Below, in pieces: positions 24,341 through 37,165 of a stretch of DNA of 64,000 bases (position 1 is the stretch's first letter; every line of letters begins with the position of its first letter). The DNA is from Mobula hypostoma (taxonomy: Eukaryota), in the NCBI RefSeq assembly GCF_963921235.1, contig NC_086097.1:85562001-85626000 (forward strand), written 5' to 3'. Under the pieces are notes generated by a model that had not been told where the DNA came from, did not search any database, and was given only the letters and a program-made list of their open reading frames with translations. The position numbers and the translations under genes are program-made.

Positions 24341-24602
24341 TTTTAATGGAGCATCCTGCTCATGATTTTCTGATTTCCAACATCATGACACATCCTATTT
24401 TACTCGTGCCCTCTTCTAATTTCTGCTTTCTCCCATTTCATTTCCTAACCCGCCCTTCTCTTGCCGGATTCCCCTACCTGCTGACTCTATATACCCTTCA
24501 CAAGATAACCTCTAATGATCATAGTCATGTTGATTAATGAAACTTTCCCACAGCTGCATTTGTCTTGTTTAAGTATGTTTGCAAAAGATGACATGACAAA
24601 GT

Positions 24603-25305
24603 AACACACACAAAATGCTGGAGGAACTCAGCAGGTTGGGCAGCAGCTATGGAGAGGAATGAAGAGTTGACATTTTGGGCTGTGACCCTTCATCGGGACT
24701 GGAAAGGAAGAGGAAAGAAGCCAGAATAAGAAGTTGAGGGAGGGGAAAGAGTACAAACTGGAAGGTGATAGGTGAAGCCAGATAAAGGGAAAGGTGAATG
24801 AAGTGAGAACCTGGGATGTGATAGGTGGAAAAGGTGAAGGGCTGAAGAAGAATGAATCTGATAGGGGAGGAGAGTGGACCATAGGAGAAAGGGAAGGAGG
24901 AGGGGCACCAGAGGGATGTGATAGGTGGGTGAGGAGAAGAGAAGAGCTAAGAGGGGAAGCATAATGGGGAATGGAAAAGGGGGAGAAATTACTGTAAATT
25001 GGAGAAATCAATATTCATCCCATTAGGTTGCAGGTTACCCAGCTGGAATATGAGGTGTTGCTGCTCCAACCTGAGAGTACCCTCATCATATCAGTCAAGG
25101 AAGCCATGAACCAACATGCTGGAATGGAATGGGGAATGACATTAAAATAGTTGGCCACAGGGAAATCCTGTTGTGGACAGAATGAGGGTACTCACAAAGT
25201 AGTCCTCAATCTCCATTGCGTCTCACCGATGTAGGCGAGACCATTCTGAGAACACCAGATACAGAAGATGACTCACAGGTGAAGTGTTGCCTCACTGGGA
25301 AAGAC
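24603..25305 (-). mobile_element. Penelope-like element 3' fragment (GIY-YIG remnant + pLTR)
   Basis: Collinear with 43060-43780: pLTR acacacaaaatgctggaggaactcagcagg, a GA-rich 3' UTR and cacaggtgaagtgttgcctcac. Confidence 0.8.
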
Positions 25306-25509
25306 ATTCACTCATTCACTTCCCTCATCCTGTGTTAACACCAGTTCTGCTGCCACACTACTGAAAGTACGTGTCTGTGTAGTGCAAAAAAGTGATTCTT
25401 TTGTTCCATGAATTGGATGACTAATTTGAAGAAAATTGAGTTCCAGCTTTTAAGCCTACTTGCTAGAGTTTTTTTCAGTCTGAGACATTCCTCGTTTACC
25501 CTTTCTTTG

Positions 25510-25985
25510 AACCAGGGAAAAATAGAGAGGGTACAGAAGAGATTCCCCAGCATGTTACCTGGTATGGAGGGCTGTACTTGTAGGAAGAGATTGGATAGGC
25601 TGGGTTTACTCCTACTAGAATATCAGAGCTTGAAGAGTGACCTGATACAGGTTTATAAAATTATGAGGGACATGGATAGGATAAATGGAGTCTTTCTCCG
25701 AGGGAGGAGGAATGTAGAATTAGATGGTTTACGGATAGAGGGGAAAAATTTAAAGGAGATCTGAGGATTAAATTTTTCACACATGAAATGAGCTGCTAGA
25801 GGAGGTGGTAGAAACAGGTACAATCATGATGTTTCAAGGGCATTTGAACACATACTTAGATGAGAAAGACATGAGGATATGGGCCTATTATAGGCACACA
25901 TGCTCGGTGTTGATAGGCATCACAGTCAGCATGGATGGGGAGGGCTGAAAGTGTCTGTTTCTGTGTTCTATGATTCTGTGATTCA
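25510..25985 (+). mobile_element. CR1 LINE 3' fragment
   Basis: ERVQKRFPSMLPGMEG...RLGL...DLIQVYKIM followed by a CR1-type 3' UTR. Confidence 0.75.
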
Positions 25986-26019
25986 CTTATAGCTGATAGC
26001 TAACATCTATGAGAAGCTA

Positions 26020-26445
26020 TACTGTTCACTGGAATATAACTATCGAAGAAAGAGAGGAGATTTTATAGAAACATAAATAAAGGTATGAAAGTAATTGATA
26101 AGATAGAGCAGGAAAGTTGTTTCCACTGGTAGGTGAGACTAGAACGAGGAGACATAGCCTCAAGATTCGGGGGAGTAGATTTAGGATGGAGTTGAGGAGG
26201 AACTGCTTTTTCCAGAGGGTGGTGAATCTGTGGAATTCTCTGCCCAGTGAAGCAGTGGAGGCTACCTCAAGAACTATATTGAAGACAAGGTTGGATAGAT
26301 TTTTAGGGAATTAAGGGTTATGGGAAAAAGGCAGGTAGGTGGAGATGAGTCCATGGCCAGATCAGCCATGATCTTATTGAATAGCGGAGCAGGCTCGATG
26401 GGCCAGATGGCCGACTCCTGCTCCTGTTTCTTATGTTCTTATGTT
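26020..26445 (+). mobile_element. CR1 LINE 3' fragment
   Basis: TRTRRHSLK...FFQRVVNLWNSLP, 3' UTR hairpin region and an (ttcttatg)n tail. Confidence 0.8.
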
Positions 26446-26974
26446 AAGTAGGAGGTGCTTGGCTCTTTCTCCCACTCGTGGGAACCCATGAATAGATCTA
26501 TGAAAAACCTGTGCCCAAGTATATTACAGCAGAGTGCAAAAAAAACTACACAATCCCATTCAAGCAAGGCAAACACAGATTCCTAAACTCTTCTGTGTAA
26601 GGATCAAAAGGCAATGGGTTACCGCCATCTCTTAATGGTGACCTACTGAGCCTACTGATTGCCTTGCAAAGCTTCATTAATGAGACACTTTAGCAGCTTT
26701 CAGTACTTTAGTTTTTGGAAATAAATCTGGTTAGGAATTAATTTGATGTGTGGATTGATTCAAATGTCTGGATTAGGAGTAGGAACATGCCACATAAACC
26801 CCTAAACCTGGCCCACAAATCAATACGATCATGTCTATTAATATAAACTCAACACATTCCTGCTGACTAACTCCACACCCCACCACCCTCCCTCCACTAG
26901 TGATCTTTCACTCCCTTGTTAGCCACCTCTGCCCTAAAAATATTCAAAACCTCTTAATTTCATCACCATTTCAG

Positions 26975-28890
26975 GAATCAGAAACAGGTTTAATATCTCC
27001 GGCATATGTTGTGAAATTTGTTATTTTGCGGCAGCAGTACAATGCAATACATAATAAAAAAACTATAATTGACAATAAAAATAAAATAAGTAGAACAGAA
27101 AGACAGCAAGCAAATCAAAAAAAAAAGTGAGGTAGGGTACATGGGTCATCGTCCATTCAGAAGTCTGATGTCGGAGGGGAAGAAGCTGTTCCTAAAGTGT
27201 TGAATGTTGTCTTTAGGCTCCTGTACCTCCTCTTTGATGGAAGCAATGAGAAGGGGGTTTATCCTTTTAAACAAACAGAAGCCAGAACCCCACCAAGCAA
27301 TACAGTGCAAGACCCCACAGAAATGTTGCCAGACGGGGCACTGCTTGACAGACGGAAGTGGTGCACTCTCAACAGAGCGAGAGCGGGAGTTTGTGGGACG
27401 GGAGACAATATGGTGAAGTGGGGTTTAAAGACCAGCGAATCCTGTGAGTGTGGCGAAAGGGTGCAGAAGATTGAACACGTTCTGTGTAGCTGCTCACTCT
27501 CACCTGATTTAGCTGACACTGACCTGCTCATCATCAACCAAACAACACTAGGGTGGCTGGCTGTCTGGTGTGACAAGCTATGATGAATGAGAAGCGGGTA
27601 TATCCTGGGTGGTAAAGCAATGAGAAGAGGGCGTATCTTTTTACAGCCATCATATTTTGAAGATGTCCTCAATGCTGGGGAGGCTAGGCCCATAATGGAG
27701 CTGGTTGAGTTGGCTGCAGTGTGCAGCTTTCTCTGATCCTATGCAGAGGCCCCTCCATACCCGATGGTGATGCAACCGGTTAGATTTCTCTCCACTGTAC
27801 ATCTGTGGAAATTTGCTAGCGTCTTTGGTGACATACCAAGTCCCCTCAAACTCCTAATGAAATATTGCTGCTGACGCGCCTTCTTTGTAATCGCATCAAT
27901 ATTTTGGACTCAGGATAGATCTTCAGAGATTTTGACACCCAAGAGCTTGAAACTGCTAGCCCATTCCACTTCTGATCCCTCAATGAGGACTGGTGTGTGT
28001 TTCCTCAACTTCCCCTTCCCGAAGTCCATAATCAATTCCTTGGGTCTTACTGATGCTGAGTGCAAGGTTGTTGATCTGACTCCACTCAACCAGCTGATTT
28101 ATCTCACTCCAGTACGCTTCCTCGTCACCATCTGAAATTCTGCCAACAGTAGTTTTTATCAGCAAATTTATAGATGGTGTCTGTGCTGTGCCTAGCCACA
28201 CAGTCATGGAGCTGGAGAGAGTGAAGCAGTGGGCTAAGCATGCATCCTTGAGGTGCGCCAGTGTTGACTGCCAACGAGGGGGAGATGTTACTTCTGATCC
28301 ACAGTAACTGTGGTCTCGCAATGAGCAAGTCAAAGATCCAGTTGCAGAGGGAGGTACAGAGGCCTAGATTTTGGGGCTTGTTAATTAGTACTGAGGGTAT
28401 GATGGATTTAAATACCGAGCTGTAATCAATAAACAGCAGTCTGACATGGGTTTCACTACTGTTCACATGATGCAAGGTCAAGCAGACAGCCAGTAAGATT
28501 GCATCCTCTGTAGACCTATTCTGGTGATAGGCAAATTGCAGTGGGTCCAGGTCCTTGCTTAAGCAGAAGTTGATTCTGGCCATGACCATCTTCTCAAAGC
28601 ACTTCATCACACTAGATGTAAGTGCAACTGGGCAATAGTTGTTAAGGCAGCTCACCCTTCTCCTCTTGGGTACTAATATGATTGTTGCCCTTTTGAAGCA
28701 CTGCTCCAGCTGCAGCAGTGAGAGATCGAAGATGTCCTTGAGCACTCCTGCCGGTTGGCTGGGACAGGTTTTCAGTGCCCTACCAGGTATGCCATCAGGT
28801 CCTGATGCCTGGTGAGGGTTCACCCTCTTAAAGTATGTTCTGACGTTGGCCTCTGAGACAGAGATCACAGGGTCAGCAGATGCTGCAGGT
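26975..28890 (-). mobile_element. Rex1/Babar-like LINE, 5'-truncated
   Basis: ORF 28125-28868: GPDGIPGRALK, YCPVALTSSVMKCFEK, LQFAY, LFIDYSS, GAPQGCMLSPLL, YKFAD. The 3' tail at about 26975 matches 4360-4410. Confidence 0.85.
27266..27585 (+). mobile_element. 3' end of an Ingi/Vingi/RTE-X-like LINE inserted in Rex1
   Basis: WCTLNRARAGV...NMVKWG...CECGERVQKIEHVLCSC (CCHC-type C-terminus), stop, tgatga tail. Flanked by a ~21-bp imperfect TSD aatgagaag(g/c)gggt(t/a)tatcct. Confidence 0.65.
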
Positions 28891-28949
28891 GAAGATTTTC
28901 TAAAGCTCCCTCACGATTGTACTTAACTAAAAAATCCTCTCTTTCTTCT

Positions 28950-29035
28950 AAAGGGTTTCGGCCCGAAACGTCGACTTTTTTCCATAGGTGCTGCCTGGCC
29001 TGCTGAGTTCCTCCAGCATTTTGTGTGTTTTGTTC
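28950..29035 (+). mobile_element. Solo Penelope pLTR fragment
   Basis: aagggtttcggcccgaaacgtcgac...gctgcctggcctgctgagttcctccagcattttgtgtg. Confidence 0.75.
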
Positions 29036-29599
29036 CAAAGGTGAAGACCCAACATGCTTGGCCTACCTTGAAAGGTCCACTGAATTTCCAATAAACTCAC
29101 AGGAAGTGAGTGGCCATAAATCCATTTGGTTACCAGGGTGAGGAATGTGTCACAGAGTGGCTGGATTTAGAGCTCTGATAGCAGGTCACTTGGTCTTAAT
29201 CATGAAGATTACATGGCATGGATAGCCACAAGAAAGATGGAAACAAACCATAATGTGAAGTAATAGCATTTATATACCCTGAAGTCTTGAAACAGGGGGA
29301 AAAAACCTGTTTTGATTGAAAACTTCACACTGTGATATGGGCTACAACAATATTGGAATTGTGCAAACACCTTAATGTGGATGTAATTTGCTAGCTACAA
29401 CCATCTGAACTAGTGACAGAAAACAGAAATGTGCTTAGCCCTTAGAACCCGGTAAATAACAGTATCAATCAATCACAACAATTTTTATATCAATAAAGTG
29501 ATGATGCATGCAGGGAATTCTCAATTAATAAACCATCCACAAACCAAAGGCTCAAACAGTTAAGCAGTGGGGAAGAAAAGCAATTATTTAAGGATTAAG

Positions 29600-31090
29600 A
29601 AACAAGGATCAGAAAGGGAGTGGGGATAACACTGGAAATTATAGACCAGTGAGTCTTACTTCAGTGATGAGCAACTTATTAGAAAAGATCTTTAGAGACG
29701 GGATCTATGAGTATTTGGAGAAGCAGAGTCTGATTAGGGATAATTAGTATGGTTTTGTGAGAGATGAGTCATGCCTCAAAGTCTGACTGAATTCTTTGAG
29801 GATGTAACAACGCATATTGATAAAGGGAGAACAGTGGATGTGGTGAATATGGATTTTAGTAAGGCATTTGATGAGGTTCCTCATGGTAAACTCATTCAGA
29901 AAGTCAGTAGCCATGGGATCCAGAGCAACTTGGATGTGTGGATACAGATTTGGCTTTTCCATAGAATCAGAGGGTGATAGTAGATCGAGTATATTCTGCC
30001 TGAAGGTCAGTGACCAGTGGTGTTCCACAGGGATCTGTTTTTTGACCCCTGCTCTTTTTATAAAGGACTTGGATGAGGAAGTGGAAGGGTGGGTTAGTAA
30101 GTTTGCAGATGACATGAAGGTTGGTGGTGTTGTGGAAAGCTTAGGAGGTTGTCAAGGATTTCAGCGAGACATTGACAGGGTGCAGAGCTGATCTGAGAAG
30201 AGCCAGAGCAGTTCAACCCAGGAAAAATGTGAAGTAGTTCCTTTTGGAAGGTCGAATTTGAAGGTAAAATACAGAGTTATTGGACGGATTCTTAGTAGTG
30301 TGGAAGAACAGAGGGACTTGGGGTTCATGTCCATAAAGTTGCTGTGCAAGTTGATAGGGTTGTTAAGAAAGAGTACGGTGTGTTGGCCTTTATCAGTCAA
30401 GGGATTGAACTCAAAAGCCACGAGCTAAAACACTGATTCGACCACACTTGGAGTATGGTTCACTTTCAGTCATCCCAGTGTAGGAAGGATGTCGAAGCTT
30501 TAGAACAGGTGCAGAAAAGATTTATCAGGATACTGCCTGGATCAGAGTACATGACTTATGAGGATAGGTTCCACGAGCGTTTTTTCCTTTAGAGTGAAGG
30601 AGGATGAGAGGTGCACAAACAAGAGCTAATCTGCAGATGCTGGAAACCCAGATCAACACACACAAGATGCTGGAGGAACTCGGCAGGCCATGGAGCATCT
30701 ATGGAAAAGAATCGATGTTTTAGGCCGTAACCCTTCATCAGGATGATAGGTGACTTGATAGAGGTGTACAAGATGATAAGTGGCATAGATTGAGTGGACA
30801 GCCAGAGACATTTTCCCAGGGTGGAAGTGGCTAATATGAGGGGAACGTTAATGTAAAGGTGATTCGAGGAAAGTATAGGGGAGATGTCAGATGTAGGTTT
30901 TTGACACAGAGAGTGGTGGGTGCATAAAATTAGAGACATTTAAGAGACTCTTAGATAGGCACATGAATGATAGGAAAATAGAGGGCTATATGGGAGGGAA
31001 TTGCTAGGATAATCTTAGAGTAGGTTAAAAGGTCAGCACAACATCGGGGCTGAAGGGCCTGTCCTGTGTTGCAAAGTTCTATATTCTACA
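29600..31090 (+). mobile_element. CR1 LINE RT + 3' UTR (5'-truncated)
   Basis: [33 protein letters not shown] and a CR1 3' UTR. Confidence 0.85.
30614..30745 (-). mobile_element. Solo Penelope pLTR inserted in CR1
   Basis: cacaaacaagag..ctgcagatgctggaaa..acacacaagatgctggaggaactc..cccttcatcagga interrupts the CR1 sequence RMRG/DLIEVYK. Confidence 0.8.
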
Positions 31091-31994
31091 TTCAATGACA
31101 TTTTTCATCATTCTATAAATCACATTTGTCTTTGGCAGGAAATACCGTGCTTTCCTGTGGGGCCTGGTGAATGGACCGTTGTAACAAGTCAGCATATTCA
31201 AACAGACTAAACACTAGATTTGTGACACAATAGACCTGTTTGTACTTGCAACTTCTGATGCTGTCCTTGCAGTAATTTCAAAAGGTAAAGGTTCTCTTAA
31301 GTTTTGAATTCAATTGGAATTTAGTTCTCTTCTATACACACAGCTCAGAGACAGAATCCAAAATATTAGTGGTCCCCCAGTAAGCATCACATCATTAAAT
31401 ATAAGAACCCTAAAAATTCCTTGAAGAAATTAATTTTCCCAAGAAGAAATAACATCACTCTCTCCACTTCTGTTAGAGAATATGTTTAAAAGTGAAGGAG
31501 ACTGAGTGATCAGTAAAGGAGGCTGAGATTTCAGCAAATTTGATTGAAATGTGTCAAATAATATTCAAGACAAAGGTTTCTTTTTGGAGTTTAGATTAAG
31601 GCATTTACATCAAAAAAGGGGGGAAAAAACCTGGGATAGAATAGCAGAACAGCAAAGCTTAACCAATAAGACAAGACAAATCTTCCTTGGGATAACACCG
31701 ATAATGTTAAATTACTGAATGTTCCACTGTGAGTATAAAACCAAAAAGATAACATTGCCTGTTCTGCCCTTCATGCAATTCACTTATATTTTTCTACGTG
31801 ATTAAGCATATTTAGCTTTTGTTTTAATGGGCATTTTCTGTGCTGAATCAGGTCACTTCCTGTGCAGCCAGGAAGCAGTAAGTAGAAAAACACAATGGCT
31901 GGTAGTAGGCCAGAGGTTTACGTGAGGAGCAAAATACGTTTCTGTTTAAGTCCATCCTGTTGTTTCTCCATCAGAAGCATTGCTTGTAAGTTGA

Positions 31995-32375
31995 TGTTAT
32001 ATTGTTCAGAAGTTAATCTGAAGGTATCGATAAGATTTTACTGAAATAGAATGTTATTTTTGAGTTTATTGGACACTAATATAGATGCTAATAGTTTACA
32101 CATATTATTTACCTGTACTATTTACTTGTTGGAATCTTATACTTACCTGCAGGAAACTTAACTAAGTTCTTAATTACCTGTGTACAGTATATTTACTTGT
32201 GTGAATGGAACAGTAGGGCAATTGCCCTGTATTTTGTTGTTGTTCAGTTTCACTCCCTATTCCCTATATCACGCCATTGAGTGTGCAATAAACCCTTGGA
32301 GCTGGGAGGCTATATCCTGACTCTCTTGTCATTTTTGTATGGAGTTTGGCTGGCTGTCTAGTTGATATTACAACA
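31995..32375 (+). mobile_element. Possible solo LTR
   Basis: tgttat...tacaaca termini, AATAAA at about 32287, AT-rich body. No TSD found. Confidence 0.35.
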
Positions 32376-34247
32376 CCTCAGTGAGGGCAGTACATTTGCC
32401 TTATTGGTAAACTGAGTATAAGACACCAAGATCAATATAGGCCACTTTACTCTTGGAAGGATGTCTCAACAAAGGAGGGAAATCAGAATAGACCCACTAT
32501 GAGGCTACCAGAAATTAAAAGGACTAAAAGGCTGTTAAAAGAAAATTGAAGAAAACCAGTTTTTTGCCTATGAACAAATTATCTTTGAAGGAGCTTTAAA
32601 AACTAGTGCAATCTTTGACAGGCTCTGTAAAAAGAAATCAGGGAGAAAATTGTTTGTTGATCAATATGGAAATAAAGATTTAAAATACAGAAAGCAGAGA
32701 CTCTTTCAATAGAGTATGCAGTTAGTGCATGATTGTGAAGATTTGGATGTTAGGCATTCTTAGAGTGGCAAATGGGAGCTACACATAGCTCTAACACCAA
32801 ATCCCAAGTATCAATAAAATTTAGAGTACCTTTGCCTTAAGAAGTTATGATGACAGTTTTCACCCTTTTAAGAATGTTTAAACCTAGCCTGTGCATCCCA
32901 CACAAGGTAGCTGTTTTCTCGATGGTCAGCAGCTCAGTCGTTCACAGGAAGTGAGTTAGTGTTTTTAAAAATGATCCTGTGGCATCTATGGAGACGAGGG
33001 AAATCTGGAGCATTATTGGAAGAATTATTGTGGAAAAATTGGAGGGGAAAGGGGGTAAATGGAGGTTTTGGCTCGGTGGTCTCCAGGGGAAGGCCCCCAC
33101 CCCTATACGAGTGGGCTCAAACGTTACCTGTGGCTGTGTGTGTTTCCGAACCCCTGTGATCCATAGGCTCATGGATCAAGTTGATCTCTGAACAATATTC
33201 CTCAGTTCACAAACCACACGGCTTTCTCACAGTTATATTGGCAATAGTACTTAGGCCAAAAATTGAGAGAATGTTTTTATAAAAATGAAAACAACATCCA
33301 GAGAGTTCACTACTGCATAATTTATTACTTTCAAATGTGACACACACATCTTGTTACTATTGTTACTTAAAAAAAAAGTTGTATGACACAACTTTTCAAT
33401 CTAACATCCAGGAGTATTTTCCTGGTGAATGCGAAATAGGAGCCAACACTTCCGAATGGGTACAAATGCTATTCACACTTGATTCCTGAATTAAAGAAGC
33501 AGGCACAAGTGGTTACAGTTCAGGGCAAAAAAAGGCCAGGTAAAACAGATCCAGAAAAAGATTAAAACACCTGATGGAATTGAAAATGGATTTGGGAAAG
33601 GGCAGAAGAAGAGACGAAGGCTGTAAAAGTAATAGTTGCTAGTACTTGGAGATCTTCATTGGAGGCATGAAATCTAAATCACAAGCTCACTTACAGCTGC
33701 AATCTGGTTCCTCACTTAAGGCTTTCCTCCACTTTGGGGAGCAGGAAGACTCACTGGTTGATTCTATTAAATTCAGCTCAGGTTTTCAAATGCACCTGCT
33801 GCTGTTTTTCAAAGGTGAGCAGAATATACATGGTATTACTGCCAAAAAGGCCTCCATATTCAACTAATAAAGTAGGCGGCTACAGTAGGAATCCACACCA
33901 ACCCTTTACATAACCTCACTATTATAAACCCAGCTACCTCCTCCCAACCAAACCTCACAACTGCCCCATCTGCTTATCACAACAAACACACTTTCCTATC
34001 ATTTGCCTGCACTACCTGCATAGTTGTTGGGATTATAGTACAATATATATATATACCATACATCACCTCTGAAACCCACTTCCATTAGAGTCAATTGAGC
34101 ACAGTTTCAGAACATAGTATGACACAGGTGAGTCATCACATTTCTCATTTGATGTGCATAACTGAGCACAATTATCGTTCCTGTTTTATATGAGACAAAA
34201 CACCATGGGCCCATCCACCTTTGCTGCTAAGATGAACACTCCTATCA

Positions 34248-34740
34248 CAAACATGAGATGCTGGAAATCCAAAGCAACACACACAAAATGCTGGAGGAAC
34301 TCAGCAGGCCAGGCAGCATCTACGGAAAAGTGTGTGGTCAACGTTTCCGCCCAAGGTGTGGTGTGCAGAACATGGTGGGAGAAGCAGTCAATTGAACGCG
34401 AGTACCTAGGGTCCTCAAATAGTCCAAATTGAGACACTTGAAAACAAACCTGGAAACAGTGTGTTACAAGCTGGTGGCAAAGACATGTTCCCAGGAAGAA
34501 TACATTGCTGTGGTAGCGGGTCTGAGCAAGCACATGGTCATCCGCCGAAGGGAAGATTTAAACTTCTTCAGGGTAGGCATCCCTGGAAGAGACTTCGCAG
34601 TGTAGTAATCCAATCACAAACAAGAAAAAATCTGCAGACGCTGGAAATTCAAGCAACACACAAAATGCTGGAGGAACTCAGCGGGCCAGGCAGCGTCTAG
34701 GAAAAGAGTACGGTCAATGTTTCAGCCGATGAGCCCTCCC
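34248..34740 (-). mobile_element. Internally deleted Penelope-like element: pLTR - ORF 5' start - pLTR
   Basis: Two direct pLTR copies (34248-34354, 34615-34740) flank sequence homologous to 46220-46510 (QTRYHSNVFFLGTCLCHQL...FQVSQFG..EDPRYS). Confidence 0.8.
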
Positions 34741-35407
34741 ATGGCAGCTACTGGACAACAAGCATTTCCAGTATTACGGCAGTACCATGTAGGGTTTGTC
34801 TGTAAAGCACTTTAAAAATAAAGAAATTTAAAATATTCCAAAAAAATTAATGTGTAAATAAAAATATAATTTTTCCCTTGCAACTCCAAATAATGTAGGG
34901 TTGCAATTGTTCCAAAATTCCAGAAGTATGCATGTAGTAAATGAAGGTGCATTCAGATTACCAGCAAAACCGATTGGGATTAACTGGAAATAGTATTCCT
35001 GTTTCTTTTTAAGATCCTGGTGAATGGTGCAATACAGACTGAGCGCACAGTTGGGCTGACTTGTGTCCATTCCATCAGTTAAATGAATTGTCACCGCACA
35101 CTGCCAAAGGTCGACTGTGAGCTGAGTTTGGCAAGACTCTGGATCCCCAGCAGATGGTTAGCATTGATAAAAATCATCCCTCAAAACAAACTGAAACAGG
35201 AACTAAAAATTAAATTTGCTATTTAAATTATTACCCCCCCCCCATACTTTTAAGAGGTGATAATAAGTGTACAATAACATGAATAACAATTCATATCTAT
35301 CCTTACTGCCAGTCCTATTCAGTCAGTGTCTTCTCCTGGGAAGAAAGCAACTACAAAAGTGGTGAGGCAGGCTGATAAAATGGTTTGTGCAAAGATGAGC
35401 TTCATTA

Positions 35408-36110
35408 TGGGCAGCATAGTAGCACAGCTCGAAGAGCTGCTATGAACTGTTTGATCCTGGACTCCAATGCCGACTGCGTGGGGTTTGTACGTTCTTCCAC
35501 ATGCTCATTTCACATCTAAACACATGTGGGTTGCTGGAGCTGCAGAATCCCAGAAGTAAACAGTTTAGGCTGATGACTACACTAATCCCACTTATCAACA
35601 CTTGGTCTGTAGCCTACCAGGCCTTGGCAATCACATGTGCTTATCAGATGCTGCTTTAATGCCATGGTAGTACCTTCTCAGGCAGCGTGTTCCAAATTGT
35701 AACCATCCTATCCACTGGGTGAAAATTCTTCCTCAGATTCCTCTCTTACTTTATACTGTGCCTGTTCCCTTTGGTCTTCAATGTCTTTGTTTGGGAAAAA
35801 TTTCTTACTATCAACCGTATTTATGCCTCTCATTATTTCTATATACCTCTATCAAGTCATCCTTCACTTAACCATGGAAAACAAACCCAGACTACCTGAT
35901 CTGAAACACCCTCACCCTCTCTTCTGCAATGACGTCCTTAAATCCACCAATTAAGTCCCTAATATGTAGTTGAATAGTAGAATCTAGAAGGATAATGCAA
36001 ATGTGGGGAAAAATAAAAACAATGGGATTATTATAGGATTAATATAATTGGGTGCTTGATTATAGGCATAGGCTGAGGGCCTTTTTCCCTGCTATATCAC
36101 TCTGTGCCTC
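35408..36110 (+). mobile_element. Degenerate V-SINE interrupted by a minus-strand CR1 3' fragment (about 35545-35930)
   Basis: SINE head ggcagcatagtagcacag and core gtggggtttgtacgttct. CR1 antisense piece aggcagcgtgttccaaattgtaaccat...tatacctctatcaagtca. SINE-type tail resumes at about 35990. Confidence 0.5.
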
Positions 36111-36607
36111 TAATGGTTGAAAAATCACTGAGGTAGAATTTCTATTGCTGGATAAAATTTTCATGAGTATTGCGTGTTTGAACTACTTGAGTATACTGTC
36201 TGCAATCTCATAACAAAGTTTTCAAAATTGCTTCTGGGTCATTATGTGCATAATGTACTAACTTTGTCCTCTCTCAGAAAGTCCATCATAGCATGCAGCC
36301 TGTGGACAGTATGGGTCGAATGTAAAAGCAGGCCTTCACAACAAAAATGGTTTCTCCTGGAAAACTGAGACAACTGGCTCCAAACCTGGTACATATTTCA
36401 GATCTCAGAAATGATGGACATCACACATATTCCATTATATCACACCAACAGTGCACACAGTACAAGCAAAGAGTAGGTAAATGGAGTGGTTATGATTCAA
36501 GAGGTTGGAGTCCTGGTGGCAGTTGGATAGGGATAGCGGCTGAGGGCCAAGTAGCTGGATGAGCTACAGACTTCATATCCATGCCATTATCAAGACCGCC
36601 ATATGTC

Positions 36608-37165
36608 ATATAACCATATAACAATTACAGCACAGAAACAGGCCATCTCGGCCCTTCTAGTCTACGCCGGACTCTTACTCTCACCTAGTCCCACCGACCT
36701 GCACTCAGCCCATAACCCTCCATTCCTTTCCTGTCCATATAGCTATCTAATTTAACTTAAAATGACAATATCGAACCTGCCTCAACCACTTCTGCTGGAA
36801 GCTCGTTCCACACAGCTACCACTCTCTGCGTAAAGAAGTTCCCCCTCATGTTACCCCTAAACTTTTGCCCTTTAACTCTCAACTCATGCCCTCTTGTTTG
36901 AATCTCCCCCACTCTCAATGGAAAAAGCCTATTCACGTCAACTCTATCTATCCCTCTCATAATTTTAAATACCTCTGTCAAGTCCCCCCTCAACCTTCTA
37001 TGCGCCAAAGAATAAAGACCCAACTTGTTCAACCTTCCTCTGTAACTTAGAAGATGAAACAGGTAAGATTTTAGTAAATCTCCTCCGTACTCTCTCAATC
37101 TTATTGACATCCTTCCTATAATTCAGTGACCAGAACTGTACACAATATCACACAACTGTACACAA
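36608..37165 (-). mobile_element. CR1 LINE 3' fragment
   Basis: ORF 36757-37110: LSYRGRLNKLGLYSL..RRLRGDLTEVFKIM...TRGH...FFTQRVVAVWNELP. Tail (ataaccat)n. Confidence 0.88.

Noticed and set aside
28950..29035. Functional hammerhead in solo pLTRs at 28950, 24603, 30614 and 48222
   Set aside because: The CUGANGA or GAAA core is missing or mutated in these copies. They are listed only as pLTR remnants.
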